NCBI GenBank assembly: GCA_028534125.1
Contig: CM052817.1
Coordinates: 91,762,001 to 91,826,000, forward strand
Direction: 5' to 3'
From: Lama glama
Lineage: Eukaryota
Length of the DNA stretch: 64,000 bases
The notes beneath the pieces are model-generated. The model did not search any database, was not told the origin of the DNA, and saw only the letters and a list, made by a program, of their open reading frames with translations. This document shows positions 21,218 to 34,070 of this stretch, piece by piece; the stretch's first letter is position 1, and each line of letters starts with the position of its first letter. The translations under genes and the position numbers were made by a program.

Positions 21218-23966
21218 AGGAAAGATTAGGAGTTTCTTCATATTGGGGAAGAACAAAGAATGGTTTATAAATGTACAGTTACTATATTGACAAAGATATG
21301 CTATACTTATTATATTAAACAACAATAAAACAACAGCAAAGTTCTTATTTGACCTGACACTTTTGCTTTTCAGGAATCTTTGCCTTAATGCCAATTTTTA
21401 AAACATGAAACATATTCACACTAAAATACTTAAAAAGTTTCCACTAAGGAAGATGGCTATTCAAGCACTAGGGGGCCAAGGTAAATGCTTGGTGGCCTTA
21501 ACATAGATATTTGCATACATTCCCTTACTCATCTATTGTCTCACAGATCCGAGTGGAAATCTGATTTTTTGGGGAGGTGAAAACCCAGCTGCAGGAACAG
21601 CTCGTAAACCTCACCACAGACACGGTGTTCGTGGCAACAGGAGCTGTTTCCTTTGGCTTCTGAGCTCTGGTAACTGTCAAGGGCTGGGGTAGGGAGGGGG
21701 CACCGATCAGAGAAATCTGGGAAGACATGAGTCTGTCAGAACACGTGAAAGGACTTGACACGGAGGCCACGTTCGTGTTGCACAATTTGCATGAACACTT
21801 CTGGACAAATTCTGTTTTCACATGCAATTCACAGACCCGCAGTGGCAGTGCTAATTGGTGAGGTTGCCACTCAAGTGTGGTTCAGAACAGCAGCTCTCGC
21901 TACACGGATGAATAATACAGAGTTTGGAGCAACGCAGTAATTATTTTACAGTTATTTTGCATCCCCATTATTCCATTATCTCTTTGTCCCATTCCTCCTA
22001 CCATAGTGGAGTTGAATAAGAAAATCCAATGCCCCACCCCGCACCAAAAAAAGAAAAAAGTGGGATTCATGTTATTTGAAATCAGCTTACGAATAGGAAA
22101 AGACATGGTAAGGAACAGCTATCATTTCATTAATATGGATGGATTATTCATGTCACTAGAGTGACAGTGAATTTGATTTTACCCTGAAGTGCCAATAGGA
22201 TGCCAAACATAGCCGGGAAAAACACAAGAAACTCTGAATGGTAGAATGCTTTGGAATTCATCTGCAAGAATTCCAGGCCTCCAAGATGAGGTAGCTCATT
22301 GCCCACGTGATATTTCAATGATAAGTGGAAAGGAAGAGAGGGTTAAGATTTCCCTGGGTGCCTCCATGTAAGAAAGAGAAGGGAGGCTGACAATGCCCCA
22401 GCCCCTTCCTCAGTGGCATTAGGAGCTTGAGAAACTTAACAGGGGGGAGCCCTCTCCCATAGGTCACTCTCCATCTCCAATAAAATCAATGGGTTCGGAG
22501 GGAAGGAAAGGCCATCCCGGTGGAGGGTCACTAATTCTCCCGCAGACCATCCAGCATCTGCTGCCTGTGCCCTAAATGCAAACCAGGCCGACTCTCAGAA
22601 TGGCCTTTGGTGCAGTTTTGGGTTTTCTCCCCCTTTGTTCCCTGAAAATAGTAAGCTTTAAATCCTCTTTGACTCCGCGTTACCGATGGGGCTGTGTCTA
22701 AACCTATCGCGTCACGTGGTGAAACCTGACCCGCTGGATTTCCTCCTCCACTGTTCCCTCTGTCTGACCTCAGCGCAGAAGCCTACTCTGGAGCAGCCGA
22801 GAAAGACGGACATTTAAAGACACAGTTAGGTTCTCCTCTTGGGCTTAACTTTTTTTTTTTTTTAACATTTTACCTAAAAATGATCTCTTTAAGACTCCTG
22901 TATTTTGAATTTCAAAAGTCAGTGATATATTTCATCTGCAAATCTCATCACTACTATCATCTCCCCCCTCACTGGCCTTTTTTTTTTTTTAATGGAATTG
23001 AGAGAAGGTTTGGGAAGAAGGGTTTTTGTTTTGCTTTCACATTTCTGACTTCAGCCTTAGTTGAAAATGATTAACATTTTACGGACAGTAGGTGCAGAGG
23101 TGTCTCCTCCTGGTTGGGACAACTAGCAAGTTGTCTCCTGTGATCCAGTTACTCCTTTCCCCACGTCAAAGACGTTCAGACCTGAAAGTCAGCCCCCATC
23201 TTCAGGCTCTAATTCTGGATCTGGCATGTGGAGTAGGCTAAAGACGAGTCTTAAGGGTCGGTGGTGGTGGGGTAGTTACCTGTCGGTATGACTTGCCAGA
23301 TAACAAAATGCCTCTTAAAAATCTCTCTTCCAGGTCTCAATCTCACTATGACATTGCCACCTATGTGCTAAATAGGTTTTCTGGAAGATTGCTATGGTAC
23401 TTCACATACCACTTGGAATGGCCATCCACACACATATAACCCCCACAGCCCCTAACACTAGAGAGTGCTAAGGTTCTAAGGAGGGACATACAGGACCGGT
23501 AGGTTTGATGGACCCCAGGGAGCCAGGGGACAGGACCCTGTGCCTGGCAGGAGGGGAGAAGACACTGAGATAAACCCAGCCCAGTTAACGGTTCTGCCCA
23601 CAGCAAGTCACAGAGTTACAATGGCATCTTTGACCTCTAATCCACAAAGGATCCATTCTTATTTCTCAGAGTGTCTACATGCAAGGTTATGATGCAGCCC
23701 CTTTGTTAAAGAAAGATACACATTCAAGCAGAGACCTCCATGGAGCCCCCATGTGAAAGGAGGCCTGTATTGCATTTATATGACGGCGGTCTGGGCCCAG
23801 CAGCCGAAATCTGAGGCTCATAATGACCAGCCTGACTCTGAAGAATAGACTTGTCTTCTCACTTGCCTGCAACTTGGTGATTCACATTCTAAGCTTCCTT
23901 GCAGGTAGGGATTGCAGTGATTTCTACAGAATGGTACAGATGGCTCGCTTTAGGTTCCCTGACATA

Positions 23967-24133
23967 TCATATTTCATCAACTCTAAGACTCATAAATTTT
24001 AAGACATATATGATGTAGTGCTAGAAAGAAAGAAAAAGATGGTACCCACTAAACCATGGCAGATCATCAAGTGTAAGATGCATCCTGATTTCAGAGTTGC
24101 AAAAAGGTGCATCTCGGACTCAAGGAGAGATGG
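23967..24133 (-). mobile_element. MER104-like TcMar-Tc2 MITE
   Basis: catatttcatcaactctaaga...tgtaagatgcatcctgatttcagag...gtgcatctcggactcaaggagagatgg|TA matches the reverse complement of MER104 as I recall it. Confidence 0.7.
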
Positions 24134-24967
24134 TATTTAGGGCCATGGGTTACATGGGCCCAGACCTGGGCCTAGGCTCCCTTACAACCAGTAGGCCCAG
24201 AGTGGCGGTCACTCCTCCACCCACATGTGGCGTGCACCCTGGACCCAGCCATGCTCTCTCTGTGCTCGTGGCCCCACCTCTGAAAAGGGGTGAATGATGA
24301 CACCCACCTCCCTCCTCTTCTGTGGAAACAAGGAGAGGACAGCTGGGAAAAGTGGCCATGGGTCATGGGGGCTTTGGAAGCCAGGCCTTCCCCCTCACAG
24401 CTTCATTCAGAGCAAGATGTGCTACAAACACTTTCTGTATTTTTCTAAATGATAGTGAAAAAAACCAAAAACGTTACCATCTAGCATCGCATATATTTCT
24501 TCCAAGAGAGCATGTGTACAGATAAGAGGTAGCCCAGCCACTCAAATTCACAGGACTTGCACCGAAATAATTTTAGTTTGATTCTGGAAGAAAAAAGGCT
24601 AGGGGTGGACAATTATTTTAAAGAAAAAAAATGACCCTCTACATTTATAACCATAGTTCTTCAGGCTGCTAATGCTTATGGTCCTCGGTGGCTGCCTTGT
24701 GGTGACACTGGGAAGAGCTGAAAGGGAGAAAGAAAATGGAACAGCAAAGTTTTGCAGGCGGGGGAGTTTTTTTTGGACCTATCTGCTAGGTCAAGATAAT
24801 AGGATATACTACAAACCTGAGGAATTTATTCTTCCTGTCTTCAAAAAGACTTACTGCCGTCTTGAATCTTGTGCAGGAAAGGGCTCAACTAATAAAAAAC
24901 AGATTTATAGAAAGGATGGGAGTCACACGACTCAATTTCTATTTTCCTTCCTTCCCTCTCTCCCTTC

Positions 24968-25135
24968 TTTTTTAATTGTGGTAAAATGCGTATAACAGTT
25001 AGCATTTCAGTCATTTTAAATACAATGCGGTGGTTTTCAGGACATTCACAACGCTGTCTAACCCTCACACTATCTACTTCCAGAATTTTTTCATTCTCCC
25101 AAGAGATTCTCCGTACTCACTAAATAGCCATCCTT
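24968..25135 (-). mobile_element. Old L1 (L1MB/MC-like) 3' end
   Basis: ttttttaattgtggtaaaat...acattcacaacgctgt...cactatctacttccagaatttttt. Confidence 0.7.
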
Positions 25136-25951
25136 TCTTTGTTCTTTTATTGTATTTGTTTAGTTTTGCTAAGAGCATTTTAAGTGCTATAATGGTTGTA
25201 TTGTATTGTGTTTGTATTGATATAAATTTGAAAAGGAATGTGACAAATGCAAAATGGGAAAAGTCCTGACCAAAAAGGGAAAGATGAGTTCTAGAAGCTG
25301 GGGAGAGAACTACTATAAACAGGCCTTTATAACCCAGGGTCTAAAACTTACTGTGAAAATAAATCACTTACTGCGATTTTACAAAATGACTGAAGGGAAA
25401 AAGAAAATCTGTATTAGGGCAACTGCAGACCTTTTATGCTCCTGACCCACCTACTTCCCTGAGGCGGAGGTCAGAGTTAGTAGGGCTGCATGGCTGCTTG
25501 AGCCAAGTAGATATTAACTCATCAGATCTTAGCCCTGTTCACGCCTGTCCATCCGTCGGTCCATCTCCCTCACTGCACGTGTCCGCCTTTAGTGAGCAGG
25601 CGTTACGCATGTGGCGAGCACAGTGCTAGGCATCGTGGCTACAAAGACACACAGGCACTGGTTCACCCCCAAGTAACCCCTCCCTCCATCAGGGGGGAGA
25701 CAAATACTGAAACAAAGAACTATGTAATGAGAGAAACAGATGAGGGGACGATTAATTCTGTCCTTGGACTGGGGTGGGGGCAGGAGGTGGGAATGAAAAC
25801 CCTCTTCACCCAAGGTAGACTTAACATACCTCCTGTGTGATTTGTACATTAATATTTTATGCTGTTATAAAGTTATGAATATGAATTCATAGACTATGTA
25901 TAATATGCAGCTATAATGTTAGTTGAAAAGCAGAATATAAAATAGCATATA

Positions 25952-26094
25952 GGGGAGAGGATATAGCTCAAGTGGTAGAATGCATACTTAGCATGCACAA
26001 CATCCTGGGTTCGATCCCCAGGACCTCCTCTAAAAACAAACAAACAAACAAATAAACCCTAATTGCCTCCCTCCCCCAAAACAAACAAACAAAA
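25952..26094 (+). mobile_element. tRNA-Ala-derived camelid SINE (Vic-1-like), long-tail form
   Basis: ggggagaggatatagctcaagtggtagaatgcatacttagcatgcac...cctgggttcgatcccca, then an (AAAC)n-aataaaccctaattgcctccc tail. TSD ATAAAATAGCA(T/C)AT at 25937-25950 and 26095-26108. Confidence 0.88.
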
Positions 26095-26259
26095 ATAAAA
26101 TAGCACATGCCCAATGACTGCTACTGTGTTAAAACTTCAACTGGTATATAAGGTGCAAAAGATAAATTTGTCGTATCAGGTTGCTGAATTATGGTGAGTT
26201 TTTAAAATTTAGAAATGGAAACATGCTCTTATATTATTATAATGTTAATTTCCTTAAAA

Positions 26260-26720
26260 CAGTGTTTCTTTTTAATTATAAATTTATTCATTATAGAAAA
26301 TTTGGACAACCAAAAAATATAAAACCAGAAAGCAAAAGCACTGGTAATCATTATCAAAAAGTGGTAATAATTGCTTGGTAAATTTCCTTCCAAAGTATTC
26401 AGTCAAATAAAACAAGGATCATATTATTCCATTGAATGGATGTGTTATCATTTATTTAACCAATTGTCTATTGTTGGATATTGAAGTCAGTTTCAAGTTT
26501 TCACCATTTTAATTTATGTTGAAATGAACCCTCTTGTATGTAAACATTTGTACACATCTCTGATTATTTCCTTGGAATAGCTTTCTAAGAAGTAGAAGTT
26601 GTGTGTCAAAGAGCATGGATATTTTTAAAGCTCCTGTTTTGGAACACATTCCCAAATTGCCTTCTGGAAAGATTTAACCTATTTACATGTGCACTGGGAA
26701 TATACAAGGGTCTCAGTATT
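26260..26720 (-). mobile_element. Old L1ME-like fragment
   Basis: atattattccattgaatggatgtg...atttatttaaccaa...tattgttggatatt...attatttccttggaatag...agaagtagaa. Confidence 0.65.
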
Positions 26721-28859
26721 ACACTTTATATTCAGGTTTTAAAAATGACCGGTTTTCCCAGTGCAATTTCGATTCTGCATGTCTCCTTCCTAAGAAAGAC
26801 AATGCAAGACGCTGCGTGTAAGATTCAGTTATAGCATGTAGTCATCTCAGCTTTTCCCTCAGTTTCTCTTCCTCTACCCAAAGCCTGGGGAGTAGGACTG
26901 GTCAGTCTTTGCTTTCCTTAATCAGCATGATGACAACAGATGTCTCCCGCCCTGCCTCTTCAGGGTGGTGGAGGCCTGGGTGCCACAAACACTCTTCACA
27001 GGGGCTGTCACCTGAGATTCTTCAGCTGTCTGCTCAGAGGCAAGGCCCCTGTGTATCAGAGTGAAAAGGCACGTCTTTATTCCTGGAGTTGGCTTGGCCA
27101 GCTGGCCAGCACCAATTCTCATGAATGACAGCTGGTTTGCTGTTCCATATTTCAACAGCCGTAAGCCAGGATAACACCTGTAGGCTCTGGGCACGAAAAG
27201 CAACTAGAACAACATTGGAGAAAGGCTGCTTTTGTGATCTGGCATGGGCCTCCCACTACGTTAGCATCTTGGATCAAAGATAACTATGCCAGCCATGAGG
27301 GCAACCGATCAAGTTTAAATCTACTGCTCTGTTACAACTGTAACCCATTTGACTCAGGGCTTCAAATTACCTTTTTCGGTTCCCCATATGCGGTTTACTA
27401 CAATAGTGAAAAAAAGAAAGAGAAAGAGTGAGCATCTGCACGTCAGTATTAGATGACATCCATGCACATAACAAAGAGGTGCTGGGTGGTTCTGCTGATG
27501 AGACTACTATAGGCGAGGAAGTTCTACCAAAATTTCTGGTTGTCTGAAGTTTCGGCAGTGCATCAGTATGATAGGGCAATAATTAAAATAGAAACCACCC
27601 GCCTCTCCAATTCAATATATTTAATGGGCACTATGGGGTCCAAAACTGGTCGAGAATAGTTTTTGCAAGTTTGGAATTAAATTTCTAGCTCTGCAGAACT
27701 TACGCTGGGACACCCTCAGTGGTCTGAGGGGAACAGAGCAATGTGTGAGAACGGGAAGTGGAAAATTAGAAGTTATTTGTTCATCTACATGATTCATTAG
27801 AAAAACTGCACATAATAGAAGGAAAGACGCAACTTTTGCAGACTATTGAAGCGTGTAGGTTGTCTGCAGAAGAATGTTCTCTGAACTTTTGAATCCCAGT
27901 TTATTAGCTGCTTAGTATGTTTCAGAAGTGACACTCCCTCGTCATGAAAAAGTTGATGCTTTTGAAAAATAAGATGGGTGTTAATGAAGCGTTATTCACT
28001 TCAAGGTCTACCACGGTGTTGAATGAAATGGATCTCTGATTTTGAGAATATTTTTATTATGTCCTTCAATGCAAACTAAAGCCAGAAGTAGGTTGGCCTA
28101 TGTAACAGAATCACATTTGGTTGAAGAGAGAAAGATGGCCTTAAATAGTTGTCCCTCAACATTCCGGTAGAATATCTCACAAACTACACCCAGGAGTGAA
28201 GTACTCCAAGCCTAGACCGTGACTGGACCCAGATGCAGCAGCAACTTTGACACACAGGGAAGCTGCCTCAGAGAAGTCGGTGTGCAAATTCAAGCTACTG
28301 GTAATAAAATTCTTCTGGAAATGACTTGGATATGTCTTTGCACTTAGGCTGTGCTAAGCTGGTTTAGGTTCCTACCAGCATGGACAGCTCTTGGTTTACT
28401 GTGCTCCCCTCCGCAACCTGCCCCCGCCCGACCCGCAACTTTTTGTTCTGTCTGGGTCAGTGTCTGACAACTTGGCACCCGTGAAACAGTTGTGACTAGG
28501 AGTATCCGCACACAGTGTTCTTGAGAACCACAGTAATTTTGAGAACCAGGTAACTGAGAACCAAGTATTTCCCCAAGGAAACACCTGGGTTTTTGCAAAG
28601 CTAAAATCCCCTGCCCTTCTCGCTAAGGATTTTTTTCAGGGACAGGCTCTCTAACTTTGCAGGACCTGATACGAAGGCGTGACTAAGTCTCCTGCCAGGA
28701 CAGCTCCCACCGTCAGCAGCTTGGAAGCAAATTCTCACAGCAAATGGATACTCACAGTGGGACCAGAATGAAATCGGCTCCCCTACGCCCCCCTGCCTGC
28801 TTCCACGCCAGACGCATGCCTCTGAACATGGTGCTGCCACCTTGGCAGCCTCAGGTGTG

Positions 28860-30200
28860 GGCCAGTGGGTCATCCTAGACTCTTCCTTTCCCCTCTCATC
28901 CTCCAGGTCTAATCCATGAAGGAATCTGGTAACTTCTATCTCCTTAGTGTCATCCCACTTGGTATTTCATAGGTCCAGGTCGTCAACACTTCCCTTGGGT
29001 CGCTCTGCTAGTCCCCTCACTGGTTTTCCATTTTCCTCTCTTGTTACCCTTTAATACACTCTCAGCTACGAGGTACTTGTACTCTTCAGTCCTCCCCTCA
29101 TCAACTGCATGCAGGGTAAAAATCATATTCCTTAGCAGGGCACACTTCATGACCTGGCTCTCCAGCCCCACTTGTCTACTGCCCCATCCCAGCCCCCACG
29201 CTAACTCTGGCCCCACCAAATTACTTTTATTTAGCTGAATGTGTCTGCTGTTCCTCTATCTATTTCTTCTGCCTCTGAAGTGAGAGGAAAGGGGGCAGGT
29301 CACAACCATTGAAGGAATGACACAGCAATTGAGGACAGAACAAACTGGTTAGAACCAAGATGGCAGAAGATCTGACTTCCAGGAGACCTTGAACCTCATG
29401 GCACACCCACAGTGCCATGACAGTTCCTAGGCTGACCATAAAAGGTCAAAAAGTAGGGGAGGGGGGAGCGGTTTCCTGGAAATTCTCATCTCTTTTCCAA
29501 AGTAGCTGGAATAATCCTCCTACTTATTAGCATGTGAAATTACCAAGTCCATAAAACCTAGTAACTCCGCACCTCATGGTCCCTCTGTCACTCTCTCTCT
29601 CGCCCTCTGAGATGGCCCGCACTCTGTCTATGGAGTGTGTATCTACTTTTACTTTAAACTAAACTCCCCCACCCCTCTCGGCTTCTCTCCCTCTCACCTT
29701 TCTGAGATGGGCCATATTTTGCCTATGGAGTGTATCTGTATCTCCTAAGCTGTTTTCCCTTCTGAGTGAGACAGACCCCACTCTCTGTGAAGTGTGTCTC
29801 TCTCTCTAGATAAACTTGCTTTCACTTTACCATGCCTTGCTCTTGAATTCTTTCCAGCGTGAGGCAAGAACCTATTTTCCCACAACACCTGCAGTCCCCC
29901 TACTTTCACTCTTCACCTGGCTAACTCCTTCTACTTATCCTTGAACGCTGAACTCTAACATCACACGCAGGAAGTGTTCCCTACCATCAGCTCAGCTGTT
30001 GCTTCATCTCTGAGCATCCAAAGCGCCCTCTGCTTTTTCTCTGCTGGCCTTCCTACTGCCTGGATGACAACCATGTGCTCACCTGTCCATCTCCCCTTTT
30101 AGGCTGTGAGTCCCTGGCCAGCCTTCATCTTTGGACTCACCTGCCTCTTGCAGTGTCTGTCATTAGATAGGGACCGGATGAAAGAGTGAATGAGTTAATG
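28860..30200 (+). mobile_element. L2 3' region interrupted by an LTR
   Basis: L2-like pyrimidine-rich segments on both sides of the LTR (catcctagactcttcc; cacctggctaactcct; ctcccctttaggctgtgag), ending in a gagtgaatgag tail. Confidence 0.6.
29276..29887 (+). mobile_element. MER41-like ERV1 solo LTR
   Basis: TG...CA ends with a possible CCT(C/G) TSD. MER41-type blocks cacacccacagtgccatgacagtt, gaataatcc, ctatggagt and aaacttgctttcactttac...tgaattcttt...gcgtgaggcaagaacc. The left boundary is tentative. Confidence 0.75.
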
Positions 30201-32269
30201 CCAGAAAATGGGTCTGTGATTAGCTGTTTTACATAACCTTCCTGATTCCCTCCTGACCCCCTCCTCGGGTCAACTCAGGATAACTTTTTTTTTTTTGACT
30301 TAGGAGAGAGCCATCTGCTTTTTCATGAGCTCCTACCCAAATCACTGTTCCATGGAAGAGAAGGGGTGTTTTCCTACTTGGCAGATGGGGTGTGTGTACA
30401 GATCACTATATAAAAGAATTGAGGAAGCATTGTAGAATCTGAATGCATCTTTCAAGTTTTTTGAGACAACATTTTAAGATGGGGCTACTACAGCTGATGG
30501 TTATCTATCTGTGTGTGCCAAAGTGGCCAGAAAGACGAATGTGTCCCCACTTGTTCATTTGATACCAGTCATATAATTTGACCTGTGCCTGAAACCTCTA
30601 CTTATACAACCTACTGTCGGTGAAGTTCTTGACATAATGGTTACTGCAATTTTCCTTTATTCTTTCCTGCAGTGGGCAATGCAGGACTAGGTTGGTGTGT
30701 TATCAGACACTTCTTCTGGCCCTTTTTTGTCCACCCCCGCCTCAACCTTTATTTTCCATCACAATTTCCCCAGAACAAGCTTTTCCACATTCTTACCTGA
30801 GCCACCCGATGACTAGCTTGTCTCTTCTCCAAATTCCTCCACACGACTCATGTTTCCTCAAGGCTCTCCCTGGACTGAATTTTCATGAAGAGCACCAGCC
30901 ATTGACTAATACAACAAATGATATCCCCGTTCCCAAAATATCAATCACCCATTCAAAGAATCACTGAGCTGGAAGGGACCTCTGGGCAGCACTGTACCTG
31001 AACTTCTCTTGATGAGACTCTACAAGACATTTTGTTAGATGTTTGTCCATCCATCCATCTGTGAAAAATCACGGTGATTGATTGAGAGATGGGTCCTACA
31101 CTGAACATAATGTATTTGGAGACAGATGTCCAACATATCACAGTCACCCAGAGGGAACCTTCTCGCCCATATGATTCCTCTTCTAATGTCTGATGTTCAA
31201 ACTGACATTTGAGGCAGAGAGAAAAATGTGTCCAGATCAAACTCTCTAGCTGAATAGTATGGGGCCCTACAGTTATGACAGAAAAGAGAAAAATCACAGC
31301 AGGAGAGCAGCCAAGGAATTCCTCTTGGGAAACAACATCAAGGGCTTTGGGGACCACCATGTGCTGCCTTGAATATCAGCATAAGCAGAGCAAATGTGGC
31401 TGAACAGGGAGATGTCCCGAGGGCTCACACAGCAGGAAGACCCTTGCCTCCCACCACTCCCCAGTCTTGCCCGGGGGCCCAGCCTTCCTCCGCATGTTGA
31501 ACAAGCAGCATTTTTCCCTCTCTAACTTTCTAGCTGCTATTAGGCTGTGGGAAACCAACCCTAGGTCTTGCCATCAATTACTTTAGCACATAGGCCAATT
31601 GCCTTCTAGGTGATAAAAAGAATTAGCAGATGTCAGAGGCTACCTCTAGGATTATGGGACACTTTTGTGTTTTCTTTACCTATGTTTGTACCTTGCTATT
31701 TTCATAAGCATGCATTATTTTAATATTTGGGGGAAAGGCAAATGATGAAAGATAAAACATTTTTCTGCCTCTGTCGTTGATGTTGAAATGAAGGAATGAA
31801 TCGTGAAGCCTAGAGCCAAAGCAATAGCTCACTTTCACATGAGGGATAAAGGTGAATGTGATACTGATTTCTGGCAAAAATTCAGGACAAAAGATTAAAC
31901 ACAGAATCTGTGAAAATATGTAAAACAAGGAAGCCACTGTTTGCACTGTTCCTTTGTTGTTAATCTGCTGCAGCAGAGGCATGCTATGTATATCACGTCT
32001 CTCAAGCCAAGGTGGTATTTAGTAGTCTCTCTCGTGATGACTTCTGGACAAAATGGAAAAAGGTGCAGAGAATTCAAAGGTAGGCTGCTTGGAAGCTGAT
32101 GGAAATTCTGGGCCCTACTGAGGTCCAGATGGTGTGATCCTGGAAGGAGTTCTCTGATGGGGAGCGACAAGTCACTGTCATTGATCTGGATGCAGGTAGC
32201 CAATGTGACGATACAAACCTGAGAACATGAGGTCAAGACCCTACCTGTGGAGCTTCTGAGATGCTGGAA

Positions 32270-33060
32270 ACCTCAGTAGAAACTCAGATCAAACTCAACA
32301 GAGATAAGTCTCAAATTTAGGTTAAAAAAAATCAGCTGTGCAAGTTCAAATGGGAGGCAGGGCAGTGGGTTAAACAGAATGTGAGCTTTGGAGTCACACA
32401 GTCTGCTGGGTTCAAATCCTAGCACCTTGGGTGAATTACAACCTCACTCAGCCTCCGTGTAGATGGGAGAAGGAAGTACTGACAGTACAATGACCAGCAC
32501 AGGGCCTGGCTCATGGGCACAGGACGTGCTCAACAACTGGTAGCTGCTATTATTATCATTATTAAACCTGGTCTGATGAGTCTGTCATATGTGTAACATG
32601 AAGGAGTTTCACCACCCACGAGAGCAGTAAGAACTGACAAAGTGACGAGGCTGTAAAACAAGGGAATCCGAAATCGTACCATCATAGCCCATACTGATCA
32701 GAAACCATCTGGAATCTATCGCTCAGCTCAGGACGCCATGTCTTAAGAGAGACATCAAGAAGCTGGAGGGTGTCCAGCTGTGTGACACGATAGTGAGAAA
32801 TAGCTGAAGGAACTAAAATTATTTGGTAAGGAAAAATGAATCTAACACGGATCACAAGAACGCTCTCCAGATACCTGAAGCATTCTTCAAGAGAGAGAAG
32901 CAAGTTACTCTGTTGTTCGTGAAGACAAATCTCTACAAGTCTTCAGCAGAGTTTGGTTGATCGAAGGGAGCACTTTTCAACTGACGTGACAGAGGAACAG
33001 ATTGCTTGACGAAGCAGCAAGTTCTCGGTCACTGCAACTGTTCAGAGAGGGTCTGGGTGG
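32270..33060 (+). mobile_element. L3/CR1 LINE ORF2 remnant interrupted by MIR
   Basis: Degenerate CR1 C-terminal motifs at DNA level: gataagtctcaaatttaggttaaaaaaaatcagctgtgcaag (HLGKKNQL-like), catactgatcagaaaccatctggaa (LVRPHLE-like), gacatcaagaagctggagggtgtccag (DIDKLERVQ-like), ctgaaggaact. Confidence 0.7.
32356..32563 (+). mobile_element. MIR SINE
   Basis: gagctttggagtcacacag...ctgggttcaaatcctag...ccttgggtgaatta...gcctggc...gtgctcaacaactggtagctgctattatt. Confidence 0.75.
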
Positions 33061-33254
33061 GCATCCCTTAGGGAGATGGAGAGGTTTTCACTGCAACTGC
33101 TCCCCCTTCTTTCCCTTCCGTAATCCAGCAGTAACAGCCTCTACCCAACCAGGCTCCTTTTTGTCCCATTAACTACAGTTATGTAAATGGAGGGCCTCCC
33201 GTTTCCTAACCTTTCCCACTAGGGCACAGAAGGTATGTTCTCATGTACAGAAAT

Positions 33255-33700
33255 ATATTCATCCAACAAGCATTCATCGGTAGCCGTCTGCAGGTTGGGA
33301 CAGGGGCAACAAAGAAGAAACCAGCGTGTGCCCGGGGGGCACCCAGGCTATTGAGAAAACAGACCCCTAAACAGATGCCTATAGAGGGGTGAGGCCAAGT
33401 GCAGTGACAGAGATCAGCACAAGGGTCCCTAAGGGTACAGAGAGTTCAACCAACCCAGCCTGACTGGGGCAAGGATGGTCAAGGAGGGTTTTCTGGGGGA
33501 GTAGACTTTGGAAGTGGTACAGAGATTGTTCAAAGAAAGATTCAGAGACAGTGAGAACAATATGAGCAAAAGAATGGAGGTAAGAATCAGCCCTGTGAAC
33601 AATCTCATGTGTTGCTGGACTGGGAAGTGCAGAGCATGGGGCACGAGGGATACTGGGCTGGAGTTGGGTGAGAGCCCAGATAGTTCCCCACAGGTGTGTA
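33255..33700 (-). mobile_element. L2 3' fragment
   Basis: Starts attcatccaacaagcattcat (antisense L2 tail) and continues with purine-rich L2-like sequence. Confidence 0.55.
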
Positions 33701-33789
33701 AGAGTTCACATGTCCGATACACGAACTCATGTTACCCGGGATGCTTCCTCAAGGTGCAGAGTCCCATTGGTCCCTGCCCTCTAGGAATT

Positions 33790-34070
33790 ATTGTGCAACT
33801 GTCTGTTTCATTACCGTATGTCTGCTCTGCTCCTTGGGGGCAGAAACCTTGTTTATCTCATTTATTGCTATATCCCCAGTGCCTCACCCAATACCTGGCA
33901 CATAGTAGGTGCTGTATGCTTTCATTGAAATAAAGATTGGGAATAGAAAGGATGCAACCTCACAGGACAGTTGTGAGGTTTCTCTATGTTACTATATATA
34001 TATCTTGCTTCGAGCAGCCCCTGGCCCCAGTAAGCACCAATAAGGGAGAGCTATTATTATTTTTATTATT
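33790..34070 (+). mobile_element. L2 3' end followed by a MIR 3' end
   Basis: tatatccccagtgcct...cctggcacatagtaggtgct (L2 tail), then acctcacaggacagttgtgagg...agtaagcaccaataa...gctattattatt (MIR tail). Confidence 0.7.

Noticed and set aside
27400..28350. AT-rich unique sequence as a possible pseudogene, NUMT or viral insertion (also about 42000-42300)
   Set aside because: The short translations I tried were not recognisable, and I saw no poly(A) or TSD. It cannot be supported without a search.
28522..28570. Repeat-spacer-like pattern as a CRISPR array
   Set aside because: 9-bp units with 6-9 bp related spacers in a mammalian intron, with no cas genes.
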